DNA of 64,000 nucleotides from Gammaproteobacteria bacterium (GTDB lineage: Bacteria; Pseudomonadota; Gammaproteobacteria; UBA4575), in contig CBDEUS010000002.1 of assembly GCA_965243395.1 (NCBI GenBank), positions 1,088,001-1,152,000 of the forward strand, written 5' to 3'. Shown here piece by piece: positions 44,885 to 52,917 of the stretch (within the stretch, counting starts at the first letter, position 1; every line of letters starts with the position of its first letter). Below the pieces are notes generated by a model. It saw only the letters and a list, made by a program, of their open reading frames with translations, had not been told where the DNA came from and did no database searches. Made by a program: the position numbers and the translations under genes.

Positions 44885-45817
44885 ATGTCTGCAATTATTT
44901 GCGGTTCCTTAGCATTTGACACCATTATGGTATTCCCTGATCGATTCAAGGAGCATATCTTGCCAGAGAAGGTGCATATACTAAATGTATCATTTATGGT
45001 GCCTCAAATGCGTCGTGAATTTGGAGGATGTTCAGGAAATATTGCTTATAACTTAAATCTACTAGGCGGTGATGGCTATCCTATGGGAACTGTAGGACAA
45101 GACTTTGATCCCTATGCAACATGGATGACGAAATGCGGGATAGATCAAAAATATATCAAACAGATCAACGACACCTACACTGCACAAGCGTTTATTACTA
45201 CTGATTTAGACGACAATCAGATAACTGCGTTTCACCCGGGTGCAATGAACCATGCACACGAAACTAGTATTCCTGCAAATGATGGAATTTCACTTGCATT
45301 AATATCACCAGATGGAAAAGACGGCATGATTCAGCATGCTCAACAGTGTGTGGATGCAGGAATTCCTTTTATGTTTGATCCTGGGCAAGGGATGCCAATG
45401 TTTAATGGAGAAGAACTATTACGTTTTGTTGAACAAGCAACCTATGTATGTGTAAACGACTATGAATCTCAATTGTTGCAAGAGCGTACAGGGTTAACAA
45501 TTAACCAAATCGCAGAAAAAGTTGAAGCCGCAATTGTTACACGGGGAAGCAAAGGATCAGTCATTCACACAAATGGCAACTCTATTGAGATTCCTGCGGT
45601 TAAAGCCAATTCGGTACAAGATCCCACTGGGTGCGGCGATGCTTATCGTGGCGGATTAATTTATGGATTAATGAATAATTTAGATTGGGAAGTAACAGGA
45701 CGTATTGCTGCTTTAGTCGGTGCTATAAAAGTTGCACATAATGGTACTCAAAACCATATGTTCACGATAAATGAATTTAAAGACTTATATAAAAAAGAAT
45801 TTGGACAAACCTTTTAG
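44885..45817 (+). CDS. PfkB family kinase (bacterial adenosine kinase-like)
   Basis: ICGSLAFDTIM, FGG..GNIAY, DPGQ, DPTGCGDAYR. Confidence 0.88.
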   Translation: MSAIICGSLAFDTIMVFPDRFKEHILPEKVHILNVSFMVPQMRREFGGCSGNIAYNLNLLGGDGYPMGTVGQDFDPYATWMTKCGIDQKYIKQINDTYTAQAFITTDLDDNQITAFHPGAMNHAHETSIPANDGISLALISPDGKDGMIQHAQQCVDAGIPFMFDPGQGMPMFNGEELLRFVEQATYVCVNDYESQLLQERTGLTINQIAEKVEAAIVTRGSKGSVIHTNGNSIEIPAVKANSVQDPTGCGDAYRGGLIYGLMNNLDWEVTGRIAALVGAIKVAHNGTQNHMFTINEFKDLYKKEFGQTF

Positions 45818-45821
45818 ATAT

Positions 45822-46475
45822 TTATTTTAATTTTAGCTGTTGCCAATTACATTTTTCAGCGTGTTCGCTTAGCTTTTCGTCTGCATCTACTGCAATTGGA
45901 TGAGTCACAAGTTCTAGCAGTGGTATATCATTGCGTGAATCTGTGTAGAAATAACTTCCTTCTAGAGAGTGGCTAGAATCCTGCAGCCATTCTTTCAAAC
46001 GTATAACTTTCCCATGTCCAAAACTTGGTGTACCTAGCACTTCACCTGTAAAACAACCATTTTTCATTTCAGGTTCAGTGGCAATCAAATCATGAATATC
46101 AAAAATGTCTTTTGTAGGCTCAGTAATAAAACGATTAGTTGCTGTAATGATAACAAGATGATCACCTGCATCACGGTGCTTGTTTATCAAATCTATAGCT
46201 TTAGGTTTGATGATGGGTTTGATTCTTTGTTCAATATATTCGTCACGCCATTGGCAAAGTTCTTCAAAAGAATTTTTTGCAAGAGGTTGTAAAGCAAATT
46301 TTAAAAATTCGAATACATCTAATGTTCCAGCTAAATATTCTTGATAGAAACGTTCATTTTCGCTTTCATAAAATTGCGCATCTACTTTCCCTTTTGCAAC
46401 AAGATGAGCACCCCATTCGTAATCACTGTCACCAGCTATAAGTGTTTCATCCAGATCGAACAGTGCTAAAGCCAT
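45822..46475 (-). CDS. HAD-IB hydrolase (possible histidinol-phosphate phosphatase)
   Basis: FDLDETL, ITAT, K, YTDS.ND; divergent from rppH as recalled for Pseudomonas PA0335/PA0336. Confidence 0.82.
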   Translation of the reverse strand: MALALFDLDETLIAGDSDYEWGAHLVAKGKVDAQFYESENERFYQEYLAGTLDVFEFLKFALQPLAKNSFEELCQWRDEYIEQRIKPIIKPKAIDLINKHRDAGDHLVIITATNRFITEPTKDIFDIHDLIATEPEMKNGCFTGEVLGTPSFGHGKVIRLKEWLQDSSHSLEGSYFYTDSRNDIPLLELVTHPIAVDADEKLSEHAEKCNWQQLKLK

Positions 46476-46623
46476 AATGATTGTAGTTTTTTAGTTTAAA
46501 TATTGTTCACACAGGGAGGAATAAGTGGTTGTATTGTATATGAATAGGTTAGTTATTCTAGATCTAGTCTAAATTGCTCCACGTTAGGCCCTATGCAACA
46601 ATAGTGTGCAGGGAGGGTGAGCT

Positions 46624-47115
46624 ATGGAATGTAATCAACATGTAATTGATGCTTCAGGTTATCGAGAAAATGTTGGGATTATTGTATGTAATGAGTTTCA
46701 GAATGTAGTTTGGTGTAAACGAAGTGGTCAAGATGCATGGCAATTTCCACAGGGTGGGGTGCAGCAAGATGAATCAATCGAACAAGCACTGTTCCGTGAA
46801 CTAAGAGAGGAAACAGGACTAGAAGATCGTCATGTTGAAATTCTTGCTCGCACAAAAGATTGGTTGCATTATCGACTTCCAGAACATCTTGTACGTAAAA
46901 ATAGCTTGCCAAAGTGTATTGGTCAAAAACAACGGTGGTTTTTACTTAAATTAAAAACTGATGAAAGTAAAATTAATTTAAGGTCCTCAATAAATCCGGA
47001 ATTTGATAATTGGCGCTGGGTAGAATATTGGCACCCCCTTGAAGAGGTGATTTTCTTTAAAAGAAATGTCTATGAGCGCGCTTTAAAAGAATTTGAGCCT
47101 CTCTTGTTCCACTAA
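46624..47115 (+). CDS. rppH: RNA pyrophosphohydrolase RppH (Nudix)
   Basis: GYRENVG, WQFPQGG, RELREETGL, GQKQRW. Confidence 0.95.
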   Translation: MECNQHVIDASGYRENVGIIVCNEFQNVVWCKRSGQDAWQFPQGGVQQDESIEQALFRELREETGLEDRHVEILARTKDWLHYRLPEHLVRKNSLPKCIGQKQRWFLLKLKTDESKINLRSSINPEFDNWRWVEYWHPLEEVIFFKRNVYERALKEFEPLLFH

Positions 47116-47119
47116 AAAT

Positions 47120-47599
47120 TTAAGAACTTTCTACTTTCATCATTGATTGTAGATAATTTTCCATGCCCACACGATCAATTCGCTCAAACTGAGTTTCAAT
47201 CCAATCGATATGTTCTTCCTCGTTTTCAAGTATTTCTTCGAATAGTTCTCTAGAAATGTAGTCGGATACTTCTTCACAATATGCAATAGCTTCTTTTAAA
47301 TCTGGTACAGCAATTTGCTCCATTTTTAAATCACACTCCAACATTTCTTTTGGGTTTTCACCGATAAAAATCTTTCCAATATCTTGTAAGTTCGGAAGAC
47401 CTTCTAAAAACAAAATTCTTTCGATGAGCATATCTGCATGTTTCATCTCATCGATTGATTCGTGATATTCGTAATCATTGAGTTTTTCTAAGCCCCAATT
47501 TTTATACATGCGTGCATGTAAAAAGTACTGATTGATTGCAGATAGCTCGTTTTTTAATACTTTGTTAAGAAATTCGATTACTTTTTTGTCGCCTTGCAT
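47120..47599 (-). CDS. bfr: Bacterioferritin
   Basis: [22 protein letters not shown] (heme-ligand Met), EEEHIDW. Confidence 0.97.
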   Translation of the reverse strand: MQGDKKVIEFLNKVLKNELSAINQYFLHARMYKNWGLEKLNDYEYHESIDEMKHADMLIERILFLEGLPNLQDIGKIFIGENPKEMLECDLKMEQIAVPDLKEAIAYCEEVSDYISRELFEEILENEEEHIDWIETQFERIDRVGMENYLQSMMKVESS

Positions 47600-47628
47600 C
47601 CTTAGCTCCTAATAAAATGTAGAGATAA

Positions 47629-47657
47629 AGCGTATGGTGGTGGAATTTGTTTGTCAA
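47629..47657 (-). promoter_or_regulatory. Sigma70 promoter for bfr (TTGACA-N17-TACGCT)
   Basis: Perfect -35 at 47657-47652, 17-nt spacer, -10 at 47634-47629; AGGAG RBS downstream. Confidence 0.65.
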
Positions 47658-47700
47658 AAGAATTTAAATGTTTGTATAAAATATAAATTCAAATGCAGAA

Positions 47701-47719
47701 TATAATGATAATGATTTGC
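47701..47719. promoter_or_regulatory. Fur box upstream of the bfr promoter
   Basis: TATAATGATAATGATTTGC, 15/19 to GATAATGATAATCATTATC. Confidence 0.65.
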
Positions 47720-47889
47720 ATCGCCTTTTAGATTTATAAAAAGACCTCTCTATAGTTAAAACATCGAGACGTAATTTTATAATATTTGATCACTATGATT
47801 TGAGATCATTAATAATGATCAATAAATTATTTGAGATGTGAGATTCGAATAATTTTTGAGCTTGGATTAAGCTCAATCAAGATTACTGT

Positions 47890-48093
47890 TTAGGCGTTAC
47901 ACGCAACAGGTATCAGTAAGTCAGGACTAGAAGCTTTATGTTCTTTGATGCATTTTTTCACGCAACTACCGCACTTGCCACATTGATTGGTAACCCCGAG
48001 GTTTTCACGTAACTGCCTGACTGTCTCAGAACCACGTTCAATTTCATCACGCAGTTGTGTTTCAGTGACTTGATTGCAAATACAAATATACAT
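47890..48093 (-). CDS. bfd: Bacterioferritin-associated ferredoxin
   Basis: MYICIC and CGKC [2Fe-2S] ligands; upstream of bfr. Confidence 0.95.
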   Translation of the reverse strand: MYICICNQVTETQLRDEIERGSETVRQLRENLGVTNQCGKCGSCVKKCIKEHKASSPDLLIPVACNA

Positions 48094-48103
48094 AATAGGT
48101 CTA

Positions 48104-48133
48104 ATTGTAAACGCAAATGAGAATGATTGTCAA
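48104..48133 (-). promoter_or_regulatory. Fur-repressed promoter of bfd
   Basis: TTGACA-N18-TACAAT on minus strand, overlapped by GCAAATGAGAATGATTGTC (48113-48131, 14/19 to Fur consensus). Confidence 0.75.
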
Positions 48134-48170
48134 TAACGTTTATAAACCATTCTATAATCGTAGTTTATGG

Positions 48171-48887
48171 TTATTTGCGGACGGACCAGAGCCAAATTCC
48201 TGTAAGGGAAAGAATCAATAGCAGAATAGCTGCCGCATCAATGACATATATGCCGTATTTTCCAAAAACCCTGCCACTGTGTGCATCTAATAAAAATCTC
48301 TCAAGGCTGATTTGCCGACTCATGTCATGGGTTTCTATGACTTGACGCAAGGCGGGCAGGGTAATGCTTGGAGCAACCCATTGAGGGTGTGGGCCGTTAT
48401 ATTCTTGCCAGTCAAATAGGTCTTTTGTACTTTCCCAGTACTTCGTGCCACCCCTTACCACTGTTGTACCCTTTGTAGAAATTGAAATACCTAACGGTGA
48501 TTCTTTTAAGCCATCTAATTTTGTAACTTGATCAATTAGATTTCCTTGAAAATCAGTCACGATTAAGGAACCAGATACTGCAATAATGATTTGATCGTTA
48601 TTTGTTACGGCACCAAATAACTTTTCCACATTACCAGTAATCGGTTTACCTGAGAGATAAAGGTGTTCTCCGGCGTGAGATACAGTTTGGTTGTTAAGTT
48701 GGTAGGTGATAATCGGATTAGGTTTGATACCGTAGTAACTCAACAACCATGTATTGGTTAGAAATTTAGATGGTAGGCCGAGGCCATCACTGTGTTGTAT
48801 AAAAATACCGGTAATGACTAAGAAAATAATAAAAGCTGAAGCAAGCAGTCCGATTCTGCGGTGCCATTTGTGAAGTTTTGCTGCCAT
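48171..48887 (-). CDS. PepSY-associated TM helix membrane protein (putative heme b ferric reductase)
   Basis: KWHRRIG...ITG..IQH N-terminal helix; LLDAHSGR.FG plus C-terminal TM. Confidence 0.8.
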   Translation of the reverse strand: MAAKLHKWHRRIGLLASAFIIFLVITGIFIQHSDGLGLPSKFLTNTWLLSYYGIKPNPIITYQLNNQTVSHAGEHLYLSGKPITGNVEKLFGAVTNNDQIIIAVSGSLIVTDFQGNLIDQVTKLDGLKESPLGISISTKGTTVVRGGTKYWESTKDLFDWQEYNGPHPQWVAPSITLPALRQVIETHDMSRQISLERFLLDAHSGRVFGKYGIYVIDAAAILLLILSLTGIWLWSVRK

Positions 48888-48914
48888 GCCATGATGTGTA
48901 TTTTTTGCAAAATT

Positions 48915-49445
48915 TTAGCATGAATCTTTTGTTACATGATCGTGTAACAATAGTGCCATTCTTGAAATATTTGTCACAGCATCGACAGACATGGTAGCTC
49001 CAGTAATATTATCGATTCTTCTATCTAGTTTATTTTTTTTACCTAACTTTGCATTGACAAATTGCTCGCCAAAATAATCGTGTTTTACTTCCCATCCGCG
49101 ACTTTCACGAAATATTAAAACTTTTACTTTTTCCAAGCCTTGTCCGTTTACGATGAAGCCCGTTGTGATGTAACGCTCTTTGCCGATTTCCTCTAATATC
49201 CATGCCGTTCGACATTCATTTTGCCAGTAGGGCACACGTATTTTTTTGTAGCGATGACCCAGAATTTTTTTAACTTCTTTGCCGAGATCGCCAGACAAAG
49301 TAATACGCTCAGGATCAGGTGTGGTTCCAAATGCAGTCGTCAGAAAGTCTTCAGGCGTTTGATAAACCCTGTCTTTTGCATTTACTAAAGAAATGAAACA
49401 CGTAAAAATAAAAATTAATAGAATCTTCTTCATAAAAATACTCAA
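48915..49445 (-). CDS. Exported FMN-binding domain protein
   Basis: Signal peptide, EEIGK...IT, FRESRGWEV, flavinylation motif DNITGATMS. Confidence 0.85.
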   Translation of the reverse strand: MSIFMKKILLIFIFTCFISLVNAKDRVYQTPEDFLTTAFGTTPDPERITLSGDLGKEVKKILGHRYKKIRVPYWQNECRTAWILEEIGKERYITTGFIVNGQGLEKVKVLIFRESRGWEVKHDYFGEQFVNAKLGKKNKLDRRIDNITGATMSVDAVTNISRMALLLHDHVTKDSC

Positions 49446-49478
49446 ACTTAATTCTTATATTTGTATAACTGACTCACT

Positions 49479-49513
49479 AAAAAGCCCATATCGGGTTAAT
49501 TCAATATGGGCTT
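49479..49513 (-). terminator. Intrinsic terminator between porin and FMN-binding genes
   Basis: Minus strand AAGCCCATAT-loop-ATATGGGCTTTTT. Confidence 0.7.
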
Positions 49514-49537
49514 ACAGATTTATAATACTGGATTACT

Positions 49538-50800
49538 TTAGAACATATAACCAATGCCTAAATCAAAGCCATCTAAATCGCGTCCTGCGGCCTCACCAGC
49601 CGGGTCGTGTTCACGATCACGCCAATTAGCTTTAACTACTACACTTTCGTGTGGCCACCAGTTAACACCTGCTTCAATCTCATGATATTGGTCTTGTTCA
49701 CGTGCGCCTTCTACATCTAAGAACCGTGCGTAAATTCCGACATATTCATTTAATTTGAAGCTCGGTTCAATGTACCAGCCAAATTGATCATCAAGTTCTT
49801 CTGCAGTGTCTTCAATGTCGCCACTGAAATCCCATTGAGCATACAAAGCACGTAGGCCAAATGGTCCACGGTTATATATTGCATGAGTAGTGAGTAGCGT
49901 GCCGTCGTCGATGAAGTCATCTTCTGCAGCCGTATCATCATCTTGAGTGGGATCAAACTGATGTTGTGCAGAAGCCGCTAATTCAAGACCTTGTATACCT
50001 GTGTATTTAAGTCTTCCCGTTATAGCGCCGTCACTAAAACGCTGATTGGATAATTTACCTCGAGCGCTTCGAACACGGCCACTAAAACCAGAAAAGTTTA
50101 AACCTGAGGTATACGCAAGATCGGCACTCAATCCATTATCGAACGTCATTGTTCCTCCTATTCCACCTTCCCACCAGGTTGCTGGAATAATAATACTTTC
50201 AACTCCATTGCGCTCAACACCATAAAATGTAGGAGGTTCATGCGTTTCATTTAATATACCTACCGGCTGAAGGAAAACACCTCCACGCACCTGAGCGTTT
50301 TCATTTACATCATATTCTATGAAAGCTTGTTCTATTTCGACTTCACCATCGAGAGGTTCGCCATCAGCTTCTACACCACCATGTTCAATTTCAAACTCAG
50401 ATACGAACCGTAGGTCATCAGTAAATTCTTTACCTATAAATAAAACGAAACGATGTAGATCGATTTCTTCTAAATCTCGGTCACTATCGTCCGCATCATA
50501 GTTGTTGTAATGAACTTCACCGTATCCTCCAAGTGAAATACCTTCAAAGACATCGAGCGGACTGTCTTCCACCACTTCCGCGGTAGCTGTGGCAATTTCT
50601 GTAGCTTCTTCCGCTTTTTCTTCAGCGCGGGTGGCTTTTTCAATTGCTTCTTTTTGTTGAGACATTAAGTACTCAACTGCTTTTTTTAGATTTTCATATT
50701 CTTCTCGGTCAACTGTAATTTTTTCTGCATTTGCAGGTGCAATCAAAACAGTAATAGCCAGAAGTAATACAAACTTGATTAGGATTTTTTGAACAATCAT
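49538..50800 (-). CDS. Outer membrane porin with N-terminal coiled coil, very acidic
   Basis: Signal peptide, coiled coil, GGYGEVHY, DLHRFVL, ETHEPPTFYGVER, terminal GIGYMF beta-signal. Confidence 0.82.
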   Translation of the reverse strand: MIVQKILIKFVLLLAITVLIAPANAEKITVDREEYENLKKAVEYLMSQQKEAIEKATRAEEKAEEATEIATATAEVVEDSPLDVFEGISLGGYGEVHYNNYDADDSDRDLEEIDLHRFVLFIGKEFTDDLRFVSEFEIEHGGVEADGEPLDGEVEIEQAFIEYDVNENAQVRGGVFLQPVGILNETHEPPTFYGVERNGVESIIIPATWWEGGIGGTMTFDNGLSADLAYTSGLNFSGFSGRVRSARGKLSNQRFSDGAITGRLKYTGIQGLELAASAQHQFDPTQDDDTAAEDDFIDDGTLLTTHAIYNRGPFGLRALYAQWDFSGDIEDTAEELDDQFGWYIEPSFKLNEYVGIYARFLDVEGAREQDQYHEIEAGVNWWPHESVVVKANWRDREHDPAGEAAGRDLDGFDLGIGYMF

Positions 50801-50882
50801 TTATTTCTCCCTTAAATAGCTGATCGATGGCATGGCTATAATTTTTGCTAGCCTGAGGTTATTTGCGAATGTTTTTATTAAT

Positions 50883-50907
50883 ACTAATGAGAATGATTCG
50901 CATTTGT
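50883..50907. promoter_or_regulatory. Fur box upstream of porin operon
   Basis: ACTAATGAGAATGATTCGCATTTGT: two overlapping 19-mers (13/19 and 12/19), about 85 bp upstream of the porin ATG. Confidence 0.7.
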
Positions 50908-51012
50908 ATATCTATTTAAGGATAGTTCTCCAAAGGATTGTTGTTATGTGGTTTTTAGTACTTTTAAGCGGATTTGAAGCTATAACATTAGAATTTCGTT
51001 ACAGTTCACGCT

Positions 51013-51729
51013 ATGAAATTCAAACAAATCCTTATAAATAGTGTGCTTTCTTTAGCGTTATTTTGTTCGAGTTTTTATCTTGCTTGGTTGATAAGCGTTC
51101 AGAATAATTTTTTATATTCAACTTGGTATGAAGTTTTAGATATCCAAAAGACAATTGAACGTTATGGGCCACAAAACAAGTTCAGAGATGGTTTTGAAAA
51201 GCTTGATAAGGCAGAGCATGTTCAATTATTTAATGGAATTGTGAAAGCAATTCAAAATAACGGTAACGGCCTTGAGAAACTCGAATATACAAAGACTAAT
51301 AGCAAGGAAAAGTTATTAACTAATGCTGAAGTTATACATTTGCAAGATGTTGCGAATTTAATAACAAAAATCAAGTATTCAGCACTAGCCGGGTTTATCA
51401 CAGTTGCTGTCTTATTGGGCGTTATGTTTTTAACTAATGTCGCAATCAGTACATTAAGAGCCCATCTGTTGGGTGGTGTTGGGGTAATTATTTTATTAAC
51501 TGTTTTGATATTTATTGTTGGACCAACTAACGTATTTTATTGGGGGCATGAACTAATTTTTCCTGATAATCATCAATGGTTTTTTTATTATGAAGAATCG
51601 TTAATGAGTACCATGATGAAAGCACCAGTACTTTTTGGTCCTATTGCACTTCAACTTTTATTTTTGACAATGCTTTTGTGGATAATGTTTTTAGTGCTTA
51701 TTAGAAAAATGACAAATTCAATTGCGTAG
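51013..51729 (+). CDS. DUF1461 / Lit (lipoprotein intramolecular transacylase)-like membrane protein
   Basis: Four TM segments, EVIHLQDV and GHELIF His motifs, HQWFF. Confidence 0.75.
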   Translation: MKFKQILINSVLSLALFCSSFYLAWLISVQNNFLYSTWYEVLDIQKTIERYGPQNKFRDGFEKLDKAEHVQLFNGIVKAIQNNGNGLEKLEYTKTNSKEKLLTNAEVIHLQDVANLITKIKYSALAGFITVAVLLGVMFLTNVAISTLRAHLLGGVGVIILLTVLIFIVGPTNVFYWGHELIFPDNHQWFFYYEESLMSTMMKAPVLFGPIALQLLFLTMLLWIMFLVLIRKMTNSIA

Positions 51730-51732
51730 TAA

Positions 51733-52152
51733 TTATTTTGTGCAGTTATCGGGGTTATTACAAATACCATAAATAATCAAGGCATGATCCGTAATTCTAA
51801 ACCCTTCTTTTTTAGCAATTTTATTTTGCTTATCTTCAATTTCATCATCAACGAACTCAACAATTTTTCCACATTTCACGCATACTATGTGATCGTGATG
51901 ATGTCCTCTTTCGAGCTCAAATACAGCTTGCCCTGATTCAAAATGATGTCGATTCACAAGTGATGCAGACTCGAATTGAGTGAGAACACGGTAAATTGTC
52001 GCCAAGCCTATCTCATCACCGGAATCCAGAAGGATTTTGTAGATATCTTCTGCACTTAAGTGGCGTTCGCTAGAATTTTCTAAGATTTCTAGAATTTTCA
52101 TTCTAGGCAAAGTGACTTTTAGTCCGGCGCGTTTTAGATCTTGGTTCTCCAT
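51733..52152 (-). CDS. fur: Ferric uptake regulator Fur
   Basis: LKRAGLKVTLPR, HLSAED, GLATIYR, HHHDH, CVKC; ATG at 52152. Confidence 0.97.
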   Translation of the reverse strand: MENQDLKRAGLKVTLPRMKILEILENSSERHLSAEDIYKILLDSGDEIGLATIYRVLTQFESASLVNRHHFESGQAVFELERGHHHDHIVCVKCGKIVEFVDDEIEDKQNKIAKKEGFRITDHALIIYGICNNPDNCTK

Positions 52153-52361
52153 CTGCAAAATTCTATCTTATTTGGAGAACACTTGCCTGGCTGATTAAAG
52201 CTAGCGGAGGAGGGCTTTAATGTGGCTTGGTAGTGTGGAGTTGCAAGGAACAAACAGTGCTACTCATGAAGCGAACCTAGCTATTAGCTGTTTTATAACA
52301 AATATCTGCATATATCATGTTATAAAAAGAGATTGTTATGGCTTGGATCGCGAACCTTTTG

Positions 52362-52544
52362 TTATTTTGTTAATAATAATTTGTTATTACTTGTAATTTG
52401 TAAAATATATTTATCACCTTGATGATTTAAGGTTACTCTTTTCTTTCCTTGAAAGATTTTTTCAACATTAATGATATCAAGTGCATCATTAGGCGAAATT
52501 TTTTGTAATTTAATTGTTTTATTTGCAGGAGTAGAGATATTCAT
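52362..52544 (-). CDS. hemP: Hemin uptake protein HemP/HmuP
   Basis: 60 aa ending HQGDKYILQITSNNKLLLTK (KLxLTK signature). Confidence 0.88.
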   Translation of the reverse strand: MNISTPANKTIKLQKISPNDALDIINVEKIFQGKKRVTLNHQGDKYILQITSNNKLLLTK

Positions 52545-52555
52545 AGCCGATTAAA

Positions 52556-52831
52556 TTAGTGGCAAACATGCACAGGTTTTATTACTTGGGTACCTAAATA
52601 TTCTATATATATACAGAATTTACCGGTGTGATCATTCAGTACACCTATTTGTACCTGACCCGAGTTAATTGCATGCAGCATAGTAAGTTCTGATTCACAA
52701 AATGAGCGAGCGACAATATCAATGTCTTGAATAAGAGTAGATTTTATCTTTTCAAACTCGGGAGGGTTAAAGTCCACGAGGTTTCGATTTATAAGTTGAT
52801 CGGGTTTTACAGTGCAATGAACTGATGCCAT
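52556..52831 (-). CDS. Hypothetical protein with His/Cys-rich termini, upstream of hemP
   Basis: 91 aa; AAGGA RBS; 11 bp from hemP; downstream of Fur box. Confidence 0.6.
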   Translation of the reverse strand: MASVHCTVKPDQLINRNLVDFNPPEFEKIKSTLIQDIDIVARSFCESELTMLHAINSGQVQIGVLNDHTGKFCIYIEYLGTQVIKPVHVCH

Positions 52832-52843
52832 TAGTTATCCTTG

Positions 52844-52908
52844 TTGAGATTTACCATATTGCAAATATTAATACGAATGATTATCATTTGCAATATGGTA
52901 AATCTCAA
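52844..52908. promoter_or_regulatory. Perfect 23-bp inverted repeat around a Fur box, forming mirror-image promoters on both strands
   Basis: TTGAGATTTACCATATTGCAAAT (52844-52866) and exact reverse complement (52886-52908); plus TTGCAA-N17-TATCAT, minus TTGCAA-N17-TAATAT; core AATGATTATCATT. Confidence 0.75.
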
Positions 52909-52917
52909 AATCATCCT

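Noticed and set aside
50832-51041. 69-aa ORF between porin and DUF1461 genes
   Set aside because: Spans the Fur box and promoter region; no RBS or recognisable protein features.
52825-52917. Track start for the 154-aa ORF
   Set aside because: Overlaps the start of the divergent gene and runs through the promoter and Fur box.
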